The translations under genes were made by a program, and so were the position numbers. A stretch of 64,000 nt of DNA from an uncultured Nitrososphaeraceae archaeon (GTDB lineage Archaea > Thermoproteota > Nitrososphaeria > Nitrososphaerales > Nitrososphaeraceae). The stretch covers positions 480,001-544,000 of the forward strand of contig CAVZZA010000005.1 in assembly GCA_963779615.1 (NCBI GenBank), written 5' to 3'. Below, one piece after another: positions 11,729 to 21,475 of this stretch. The notes under the pieces were generated by a model that saw nothing but the letters and a program-made list of their open reading frames with translations, ran no database searches and was not told the DNA's origin. Each line of letters opens with the position of its first letter. The stretch's first letter is position 1.

Positions 11729-12440
11729 TTGAAGGCTTCGCCTTATTTTTGTTCACTGCCATAAGGAGAGCAGCAGGAGGGGGAATGCCCTCCGTCATAA
11801 TAGGCTGGTACACGGCAATCAATGAGAGATATACGACAGGTCACACAATACAATATATAGCCCCCAAACACCAGGAGAACCATCTCTTGGGTATCCCAAA
11901 TCAAAGGATATTATCGACAGCATCGGCAGCAATGTCTTTCAGGATAAGGGTAAAAAATTCAATAACACAGGTAAATACGACCAACAACCCATTCTCAAGA
12001 AAGCCAAGAATAATATGGATGTCAAAAGTGGACAGGACTATCTTTTTTATGAAGAAGTTGGAAAAATAGGCCCTTTAACCGAAATACTTGAAGATATGCT
12101 ATCAAACTATCCTCAAAACACAAAGAAGAGCGTTTCAGAAATAATGCTAAGCTGTGCTTTGGCATCTCAAGATCCAGCACAGAATTATCTTGAAAACTTA
12201 TCATGGTTCAGAAATATAATATACTCTGACAAGTTTGCAGAATGTATTTCATCCTTTTGTAACATGCCAAAGGCTTCGGCTAATGAAATCCTAAGGAACT
12301 CAATTTTAAGGAAATATAGAGAGGGCAGATCGACTAGAAATGGAGATAATCAATACCCTTCATCTCACTCGCCCCCACCACCTCCCTCCTTTACTGACTT
12401 TTTAAACAATTCCAGCGCTTTAAAATCAAAGGGATCCTGA
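11729..12440 (+). pseudogene. N-terminal C2H2 zinc-finger protein, disrupted by a frameshift and an in-frame TGA
   Basis: TTG start gives LKASPYFCSL; after a frameshift, CHKESSRRGNALRHNRLVHGNQ* (TGA ~11823) is in frame with ORF 12015..12440; reconstructed C-x2-C-x12-H-x4-H. Confidence 0.6.
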
Positions 12441-13357
12441 AAGGCAAGGAAGAACTGGTCTACGCCTGCATCTGTATATTCTTTAACTCTTTTTGATATG
12501 GCATCAGGTTTACCGACAAGGCCATTGTTTAAGATTTGATTGTACACTGCGGGTCCCCTTTCCATTGCAAACATCCTTTTCTTATACTCCAGATCACTGT
12601 CAGTTTCGGCAATTAAAACATCAAGTTCAATTGATTTTGCTATTTTTTTATTGTTTTTGCCCTTGTCACCATTATTAACACTTTGTACAATTCTTTCAAA
12701 ATTAGCTCTCAGTGTAGAAAATTGTTGAGGCGACAGGTATGAGGATTCCCAAATGTCCCCATATAATGCCGCCAGATGCATCATTTTGTTTTTCTTTGCA
12801 GCAACCGTTATTGGAATTTTTTTTAAAGGCGGTTTAAAAGTAGCCCCGTTTATTCTGAAATACTCGCCATTAAACTTTACAGGGGAGGGCAATGGGGACG
12901 AGGTAGGTATAGATGAGGAAGGTTTATCTCCAAGTAACATTTTCAGGGTCCTAATACCTTCCTCAAATATCAAGACCCTTTTCCCTTTTTCAGGGTAATC
13001 TATACCGTAGGGATACCACCATTGGACGGCATATTGAAGAGTTGCTCCCGCACCGGTTCTAAACTCAAGCCTCCCATCAGATACATCTTGCAGGGTAATC
13101 GCTTGTTTGGCAATTAATGCAAGACTCCTATATTGAGGCAGCAGGTAGGTTATGACAGGGCCTAATCTTATCCGCTTAGTTAGAGATGACAGGGCAGATA
13201 TAACAGTCCAGCAATCCAAGTCCAAATCTGCAAGAGATTCGCCATAAAAGAACCCATGGTAACCGAGATCTTCAGCCAATAAGCAGGTTTCTTTAATTTT
13301 GGCATAATCTGTACCCCAGATTTCAAGGCAAAACCTTACATCCTTTTCTTCGGTCAA
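12365..13357 (-). CDS. LLM-class (luciferase-like) flavin/F420-dependent oxidoreductase
   Basis: AEDLGYHGFF.GE, TKRIRLG, TLQDVSDGRLE and GLVGKPDAI..RVKEYTDAGVD motifs. Confidence 0.85.
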   Translation of the reverse strand: MTEEKDVRFCLEIWGTDYAKIKETCLLAEDLGYHGFFYGESLADLDLDCWTVISALSSLTKRIRLGPVITYLLPQYRSLALIAKQAITLQDVSDGRLEFRTGAGATLQYAVQWWYPYGIDYPEKGKRVLIFEEGIRTLKMLLGDKPSSSIPTSSPLPSPVKFNGEYFRINGATFKPPLKKIPITVAAKKNKMMHLAALYGDIWESSYLSPQQFSTLRANFERIVQSVNNGDKGKNNKKIAKSIELDVLIAETDSDLEYKKRMFAMERGPAVYNQILNNGLVGKPDAISKRVKEYTDAGVDQFFLAFQDPFDFKALELFKKSVKEGGGGGE

Positions 13358-14081
13358 AGAACATATTTTCAGAGTATTCCTATATAACGCAATCTTTTTT
13401 TTTGATAATATTGATCAAGATATCATACCAAAGAAATATTTTGGTAACATCATTGGTTAGACTGTTTTCATCTAGAGTAGTTTTTCCTTCTATAACACGA
13501 TAGACTACATATATATCGAAAATATATATCAAGTAATTTGTCCCAAAATGGCATGTTGATGGAAAGAATCAGATTCCTAGATTCATTTGCCCACTATATT
13601 TTCCATAAGTATCAAACATAATGCCTGAACCTAGGGAATACTTTCTAGGTAAGAACTTAATTAGTAAATTTTTTAATAGATTTTAATTTGCTGTTCCTTT
13701 TGTAACATTATGATTGATTAAATTAGTAATTTAGTTGATTTCTGCTTTTATATTTAAGGATATGCCTTTATAATGTGCTGACTATACATCCTTACTTTCA
13801 GTTTGGCCCTGTTCAGGTTTATCTTTGGCGATAGTTTAAACTATTAATTAGCAAAGTATTAAAATTACTTTTCTAATCAATAATCTATTCTTATCTTGTA
13901 ATCTCATTGGGATTGGTAGAAAATTTCTCTATCTTTGATGGTGGTGTACAATTTGATTTCTGAACCTTGTGTTGCATCCATATTTGTTCTTTTTTCAAAG
14001 ACATATTAATTGTAATTTGATCGCTATCTTTGTATGACGACTTTTTATCTAGAGAATTTATTGGATTTCTGAGTAAAGTAA

Positions 14082-14500
14082 TTACCTATCGTAATACTTT
14101 GATAGGTTAGTAACGAAAGGTAGACTCCTATTAAGCAGAACAGATGTTTTGGTTAGGCTTGCAGTTATTTGGTGGCGATTATTTTGGTAGATGGTTTGCA
14201 TTTGGGATTTATAACGGTTAGCCACACTCCTTTTTGTATTCCTGCAGTTCATCCATCGCCTTTTTATGGAGTTGAATGTAAGCAATATGATCCTTGGCCA
14301 ATTTGAAATGCCATTCCCTGTTCTCCTGCTCCTGTCATTTTATCAATAAGTCAAGGCAAGACTTTTCTATTCAGTCGTTGTTTTTAGAGCAATGTGTCTT
14401 TGGGTGTTTACTGTATTCGAGTATTTGATACAAGCTTCCTTATAGTTTGGCCTTACAAGCTCTTCTCGAGCCTCGTCAACTGCCTTAATGACTTTACCCT
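14082..14500 (-). pseudogene. decayed hypothetical gene, paralog of the remnant at ~62200-62600
   Basis: Fragments QLTRLEK / ENREWHFKLAKDHIAYIQLHKKAMDELQEYKKE / LTVINP / SLTKTSVLLNRSLPF parallel QLTRIEK / NSGWFYRAAKEH...KRAMDKTEQHERE / LWSVVEDP / LHNLTETCVFLL at 62 kb. Confidence 0.45.
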
Positions 14501-14842
14501 TTTTGATACTGGTACAGTGTTATTATCCACCATACAAAAAACTGTTACTTTTTAAATGTCGGTCAATAATATTATTTGAAAGGTCAAGATTTTGTCTATA
14601 TTCCAGTAACCATCTTATTTTCCTTTTATCCTAATCTGATTGTTGTTCCTTTACTTTTATGGATTCTAATTAAATTACTTAATTTAAACATGATAATCAA
14701 GGGCTGTAAATAGCCACATAATCCAGTCAATGTTATCAATGTGAATTTCTCTGCATCAAAATAAAAATATGTTTTGGGTGGATGAAGCATTTACAAAATA
14801 ACAGTTACAATACCATAAAAATTTTAACAGGATTTGAATATC

Positions 14843-14995
14843 CGCATTCCATGCAATGTGCGACAAGGAAGAACCATGGGTCTCAGTTTTGGTAAGTACC
14901 CCTGTAAAGATACTTACCTCCGTGAGTGTAGTGGAGTTTGACTGAGGCCCATAGCAATGATGTACTAAATACGGTCCAGATTTGCATGAGGTGTG
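14843..14995 (+). ncRNA. candidate structured non-coding RNA (nested multi-stem)
   Basis: P0 14843-14856/14982-14995 (13 of 14 pairs), P1 14876-14888/14940-14952 (13 bp), P2 14891-14898/14911-14918 (8 bp perfect) and P3 14919-14923/14931-14935; about seven G-U pairs that work only on the + strand; lies in a region with no intact gene. Confidence 0.5.
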
Positions 14996-15784
14996 TTTGG
15001 TATGTGACTTGACTTGCTCAAGGGATGGCGTGTATATGCAATATATGTATACATATTACGGTAGTTAAACGCTATATATAAAATTATTACAGGATATAGC
15101 ATCTTTTTATAATTATATTTTCTTTTAATGGGGTATTGTTATAAATATTAATCTTTGACAACCGTCAAATTCAATAAAATAATATGACGATTTTTCCAAA
15201 AACACTCAATTTCTGCATGCTTCTAAAATCATATTGTTTAGGAACAGTTAAAGGAACTCTTTACTTTAATGGCAAACAGGTAAACTATTGAGATTTGTTG
15301 CTATGAGTTATGGTAATGACATTTTATTATAGTGAGATGATAAATTATAATTTGATATTGTAAATATATCCATATTTAAGAACGAAGCATGAATTATTTA
15401 TTAAAAGGATATTGTAAAATATTTTCCATCTATTCAAGAAATTTACTGATAGTTATAATAAATAGAAAATACGTTGCTTTGGGGACACTTGAAGATAATA
15501 TAACATATTTAACATAGAGATTTTTTTCATTAACTTATAGAGATTTATAATATTAAAGCTCAAATCAGACTAGACTGCCGTGTTGCATACTCTTGTTTTA
15601 TTGCAATTATTGATACTTTTACTAAACAACACGCACCGCAAGACCAAACCTATTTCTGCTTTTGAGACTCGTTATGATGGATGAAGAAGCAAACAAAAAG
15701 CATGACACCTGGGAGATATGTGCGCATTACACGCATTGTTTTGCGCATATCAATACCATAATAACCAATACCAATGCACTATAG

Positions 15785-16441
15785 TTGATTAACTGTCAAA
15801 TGACGTTTGGGATATTTAAAGAAATTGAGAGGCTTGTGGAGTACATTCCTGTTGAAACCCATGCCGAGGGCATTGGCAGGCTCACGGGCAACACGGATAT
15901 CGACACACAGTTTTATTTTGAGGACCTGGACGGAATTGCCGCAAGGCTGGGTGTGCTGGAGATGGGTAAAAACACAATAAGCTTAAGGGATGTTGTCAAA
16001 CTACTGAACAAGTTTCTGAAGGATGCCGCAATCGAGGAGATGGTGGAAAGCCCCCGACGCTACAGGCAGTTGCAGGCCAGTGGTTCGGGACAGCCGCTAA
16101 AGAACCTGCTGTTTGACTTCAGCCTATCCGCACTGGCAGGTGACTACATAGACGCCAAGCTATACCTTACACACTCCTTTTACATCCTTGGGCTTAGGCG
16201 GAGGCTGGTTTTGCTGCTGTCAATCATAGTCAACGAGCCTGAACACACCAACGACAGGGACGTCAGGAAGCTTCTTACGTACCTTGCGCTGATGTCAGAG
16301 CCAAACAACGTGGATGTTCATTTTGACATGAACAATAACGGGTTTAGCTCAAGATACAGCATGTACCTGCGGGAACTGCAAAAGGTTTCCCCAAGCAATA
16401 TCGATTTGACACTCGCCAACTTTGCCCAAGTTAAAAACTAG
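15785..16441 (+). CDS. hypothetical protein (start possibly ATG 15800)
   Basis: Intact 218-aa ORF, clearly more GC-rich than its flanks; no recognisable motif. Confidence 0.65.
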   Translation: MINCQMTFGIFKEIERLVEYIPVETHAEGIGRLTGNTDIDTQFYFEDLDGIAARLGVLEMGKNTISLRDVVKLLNKFLKDAAIEEMVESPRRYRQLQASGSGQPLKNLLFDFSLSALAGDYIDAKLYLTHSFYILGLRRRLVLLLSIIVNEPEHTNDRDVRKLLTYLALMSEPNNVDVHFDMNNNGFSSRYSMYLRELQKVSPSNIDLTLANFAQVKN

Positions 16442-16944
16442 CGTGCTGAACCCCGGGTTTTAATTTGTTTGATTTACTGCTTTACTAATTTTATAGAAAA
16501 AAAAATCGCTCGTTATTGAGGTCGTGTTTCGACTTGAAATGAATTTGATGCCATTTAAACAATCATTATTCCAAAGTAAAGAAAAAGTTTTTGGAAATTT
16601 GCATTTTTATTACTAAATATGTTATCCAATTTTTAAAAATGCAGTTTTTTCTGTTTATATGAATTACTTATTCATCAAGATAACAAGTCCCTAGTGGATA
16701 GGAATATCATTTATCCAATAAAATTCTTAAAAATATCTAAAAAAAACACAAATCCAAAACTGCACTTTTCCCTTATTTTTAAATTATTAAATATGTTTTT
16801 TATTTAAGACATATGCGTAACTTGCATATACATTATATAAAAAATATGCTATACAAAGTAAATATATGCAAATTTCACATATATTTTACATTTTTTTCAT
16901 ATTTTTTAGATAAATTTAAATAGCTTCCGGGGCACACTAAACTA

Positions 16945-17313
16945 ATGAACAATACAACTATTTCCATGTTAAAAAACCAGCAGTACTCTGGCTGCATCCA
17001 AAGCTGCAACGAGTGCATGATGGCCTGTGAGGCCTGCTGCACCGAATGCATGACCACGTCAAACACCCAGATGGCTGGGATGATGGGAAGGTGCATGATG
17101 ATGTGCAGGGACTGCGCCGACATGTGCAGGATGGCATCCATGATGATGTGCAGGGGAAGCGAGTACGCAAAGCAGGTGTGCAACATGTGCGCCGACATGT
17201 GCGAGGCATGCGCAATGGAGTGCGAGAAGATGGGCGACAAGATGGAGGTGTGCAAGCAGTGCGCCGACATGTGCAGGAAATGCGCACAGGAATGCAGAAG
17301 CATGATGAGGTAA
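16945..17313 (+). CDS. four-helix-bundle copper storage protein (Csp3/YhjQ, DUF326)
   Basis: Repeated CxxxCxxCxxxC helices, 22 Cys and 24 Met in 122 aa, no signal peptide. Confidence 0.9.
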   Translation: MNNTTISMLKNQQYSGCIQSCNECMMACEACCTECMTTSNTQMAGMMGRCMMMCRDCADMCRMASMMMCRGSEYAKQVCNMCADMCEACAMECEKMGDKMEVCKQCADMCRKCAQECRSMMR

Positions 17314-17465
17314 CTCCTTTATTTTTTTTAGTTTATTGAAAAAAACAATACATCACAAAGAAAATCAAATATTTACACCCATTTTTGTTTTAAAGAATGC
17401 AGGTGTTTTTAGATATCCAAACCAAAAAACCACTGTCTTAATTTAATACATAGAGAACAAAAAAA

Positions 17466-17508
17466 TTGATTAGAGGGGGCATTAATATGTTACTGCCCCT
17501 CTAATCAA
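17466..17508. terminator. hairpin downstream of the Csp3-like gene
   Basis: TTGATTAGAGGGGGCA-N12-TGCCCCTCTAATCAA, a 15-bp inverted repeat with one bulge. Confidence 0.4.
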
Positions 17509-18381
17509 ATGCATGTTCTTTTACAACTCAATTGAATTGTAAGTATTTTTATTAACAGGTTGTCAACAATATTACAATTCTCATGTATGACATTTTTACC
17601 ATACCCATAACATTATTGCATACATTTTGCAATTAATGTTAAATACCATTTTTTACAAAATTTAACTGCTTTATAACGAAGGTATCAAATGGATTTTTTT
17701 TATTTATTAATACCAATGCACTGTGTTTAGACGAATGGTATCGATAAATGGAAATTTTCATGACTGAACATGATATAGCAGGCTAAAATAATAATTGGTA
17801 TTGAATCAAAATTGTTCTGGCTGGCGCAATAACCTTGAGATATGGATAATTCGCAGGGAATATGAAAGAAAAGAAATGATATATCATATATGGTCTAAAG
17901 TAAATTGTAAAATAAATTATATGGAATCGAATATTGATTAGAATTGTATTTCATTAACAGTTGAATTTATCAAAATAAAAAAAAATTTTTTAATAATACC
18001 AATTCCTTTCGATCAAATACAATTTTATTGTTCTTTCCAACGAAAAAAAGAAAAATCAATTGACTTTAAAACACAATAGTCGCACATTATGAACCCCATT
18101 GTATCATCGCAATAAATTATTACAGGTATCGCATAGCCATAAAGAATACTCACCGAGGTATCTCTGTTATTGCATGAGATTACCATCCCATAATCTTCCA
18201 AGATCGATAGAACGTATATTCAATTGAATGATTTATTTTGTTGTATTATAAAGATAAGAATCTGTATATGAGGAAAATGAACTAACAATAACAAAAAACA
18301 TCTGCAAAATTTGCATATGTAGTGACAAAATGACACATTAGAAATTAGTTATATTGCCAAAGTACAGTACATAAGATGTAA

Positions 18382-18606
18382 ATGAGTCTTGTCCATAGAC
18401 AAATAAACACGTTATTGGAAACAAATGGTTCAAACAACAATGGCATTAGTCTGCCATTCAAACATCTTTTAAAGTGCAAATCTTGCTTGTGGAAGATAAC
18501 CTTTTACGAATCAACAGGCAGTATACGTCTTAACAGTGAAAACATGCGATGCCCCATGTGCAAAGAGAGAGAAACAAAATCGGCAATAGCAAGGATAATC
18601 TCATGA
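18382..18606 (+). CDS. small zinc-ribbon protein
   Basis: CKSC...CPMC pair in a 74-aa ORF, with a TATA-like sequence upstream. Confidence 0.6.
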   Translation: MSLVHRQINTLLETNGSNNNGISLPFKHLLKCKSCLWKITFYESTGSIRLNSENMRCPMCKERETKSAIARIIS

Positions 18607-19007
18607 ATTGTTTCTCTTTTTTTGAATTGAGCAAATGCTGCAAATAATCCAAACAACACATTATCCACCCAAGCTGTTTGCAACAACAGTTTGGTCATTT
18701 TAAACCAATTTCCTGAAATTTAGGTTAAATTATAAATTAATAGCTCAAAAGATTTTTTTGTGCCTGTACCTAAGAACCCTTCTCCGGGGCATTAACAAAA
18801 TAATTACATTTGGCTTATTGACACAATTTATCCATTCTAACAACATTCTCAAATGAAACTGGTACTATCATATGGACTGATATTTTTTATTCGCGATAAA
18901 TCTTATTCGTTGACAGTACTAATTATTTGGATAACAAATACACACATAATCAAAATATTTTGCGCATTTAAAAATACTCTAATACAGAACATCACCATAA
19001 TAAGGTA

Positions 19008-19340
19008 ATGTCAAAAATAAAAAACTATTTCGCATTTGCATCGGCAATATTGTTGGTAACCACAATACTTGTGGCCAACCCCCTAAGCTTGGCGGCTGCC
19101 CAGCAACCCTTGAACGCAACCGGGGCAAATCAATCTAACATCAACGTAGAACAAAAAATAAGTGAAATAAGATCGCAGTTTCCGTTGTTAAGCCAGGATA
19201 CCTCAGTGAGTGATGTAATTCACAAAGTTCAGGGTTTGGATAAAGACAATGCACTCAAAACACTTGCAGCCTTCCACATATTGAGGAACCTACAAGAGTA
19301 CCAGGCACTTGAAACAGGAGGCACAAATAGTACTGGTTAA
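19008..19340 (+). CDS. secreted hypothetical protein
   Basis: Basic N-terminus, hydrophobic stretch and AAAQ cleavage site; N-glycosylation sequons NAT, NQS and NST. Confidence 0.75.
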   Translation: MSKIKNYFAFASAILLVTTILVANPLSLAAAQQPLNATGANQSNINVEQKISEIRSQFPLLSQDTSVSDVIHKVQGLDKDNALKTLAAFHILRNLQEYQALETGGTNSTG

Positions 19341-20419
19341 TGGAACTCTTGATTTGGGGCCCAATGGTTTTATCTATAGTTTATATCCGTAGATGGGGGG
19401 CTTTTTCGTTCAGGCGAGACAACAACATCACGGGCCAGCCAACATCCCTATTTTTTTATTTGAGTAACTTTATTATACACTAATTAGGAAGACCGCTTTC
19501 TAATCCATTTTACTAGACAGATAATGAATTAGGAAGTTTTTGTAATTTAGGAAACAAGTTGTCATTACCCAGATAATCCTTACCATGAAATGCCATAACT
19601 TTTATTTTTAAAGGCATTGAATCACTTGCAAATGCATCATTTCTTCTTGCTGGCGACAATAAAAACTAAATATATTTAAAACATTTGAAATTAGGCTTTG
19701 GAAACGTCTTGATAATTCTTTTCATATCGCTTTTTTCCAGAGTATAGGCTATCTTAATATTTTTTATTCTTTATCATATTCTTTTATTTGGCCAACTTAT
19801 CAATCCGTGTTTGTTGGTCTACTTGCATAGACATTAGCAACCCACCGCTTAATTCAGAAGAGTTTCCAGGGGTCTTCATGAATGCCTGTTATTTACAGTA
19901 GCATTTACCTGTAGTCCAGAGTAATAATTGTTCGTCTTCACCTTGACAAACTTTCAATAAAATCACTCCAATTGCTAATTATTTTATCACAGGCTCCATC
20001 TTTATGAGGTGTCGTTGTTTATTGGATTTGACAATCATAGTCAAATAAATCCAGTCATTCTTTCACGATGATTGTAATGTATCATTATTTGTTGTATATG
20101 CGCATCTCTACAAAAAAAGGTGTCACAAAAAATCGAATTTATTTTTTTTTGTTTTAATTATAGCACATTGCATAAAATGTTGTTAAATAAAGATACATGC
20201 CAATTGGGTTCATTTATTCAATTCTTCTAAAATTTTATAAACTCTAACCTGTTACTAAAGTTATTGAACTTATTTACCTACCCAATTCAAACCCCAAGTC
20301 AAAGCTGAAAAGTGATTGTTCCCTTTTGTATAGTAACGCTAAAACCCATGCCAATGTATTATAGATCTATGGCATAATTAGAAATACCCCCATACGATCA
20401 AGGCTATCTTGGTTAGGCC

Positions 20420-21400
20420 ATCCATAGTAGTGATGATGTCCCATTATCCTGTGGTTTACCAGTTCGGATACTATATCCGATATCCTATTGTACTTAATCT
20501 GTTTCTAAATGTATCAGACATTATCCTGTGGTTTTTAATTCTGCACATATTGTGCTCCATATCTATCCTCTTTTTAGCATACGTACTGATTGTACTCTTT
20601 CCCCCTATGGATAGATTCACACCATTTCTCTTTCTCTTTGGTAATGATGATGCCTGTTTGGATAATCTTTTTCTACTCCAAGTTATCCAAGGTCAAAAAC
20701 GTTAACATTTGCAATATTTTCGGGGGTAGCAGGATGATTTTTTTTTGTACCTGCAACTATCATAGTATGCCTTTTTCCTTTCTTATGGCCTGTTTTGTGA
20801 ATAATGATACATTGGTTGTTAACCACAATCTGTGTCTTTACCTTATGTCTTTTTTTCCCTAAAGAATAGTACAGCTTTCCTCTTGTTTTCTGCCTGGGTC
20901 TTGATTGATCTAATTTTTTGTACAATCTATAAAGGTCATAAGGCCAGGAAAGTACCTTTCAATTTCTTGAGTGGTTCGCAGTCTTTTTGTTATTTTGTAT
21001 ACCTTATGAGGTATTTATACACACTTTCTTACCAATATTCTGTAAAATCTTTTGAATATCCCTGCAGACATTACTCTCCCAGGTCAAACAAAAAGCCAGC
21101 CAACGCGTAGGTTGTGTAAAGACGGCAATGGTAGACCAAAATCATGAGAAACCTGTTTTTAACACCTAGCTTAAAGTTTCTTCCAGCACCAATGGATCGT
21201 TCTCTTTTATTCTTCCTTTTGGATACCCGCTGTATCTCATGTTTGTCATATTTTTTTGTTATTTCTTTATCGTAAATGTCATCGAACTCCTTTACCGTGA
21301 GGGCGGTAACTGACTTGAAAAGCAATAGTTTTTTGGATAACCCACCATACATAAGCAAATAAAGGATAGATAAATTAGCAACCGCTACTCGTCATAAAGC
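20420..21400 (-). mobile_element. degraded IS5-family (ISL2-like; HTH_Tnp_4 + DDE_Tnp_4) insertion sequence
   Basis: Fragments LFKSVTALTVKEFD...AGRNFKL...RFLMILVY..LY.TY...GFLFD, then YYSLGKKRHKVKTQIVVN, DLG, and ...RNRLSTIG; several frameshifts. Confidence 0.8.
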
Positions 21401-21475
21401 TGATTAGGGCATTTACACAACAGATATCTGTTGTGTGCATGTATTCAAATCAAGACTAAAACTAAAAATTAAACT

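Noticed and set aside
14300-14520. KVIKAVDEAREE as an ISL3 transposase fragment
   Set aside because: Another frame aligns better with the decayed hypothetical family at 62.2-62.6 kb
16875-17339. Overlapping ORFs on other frames and strand of the Csp3-like gene
   Set aside because: Shadow ORFs caused by the repetitive Cys/Met codons
19350-19440. Possible multi-stem structure downstream of the 19008 gene
   Set aside because: Stems are only 4-6 bp and could be chance or a simple 3' UTR
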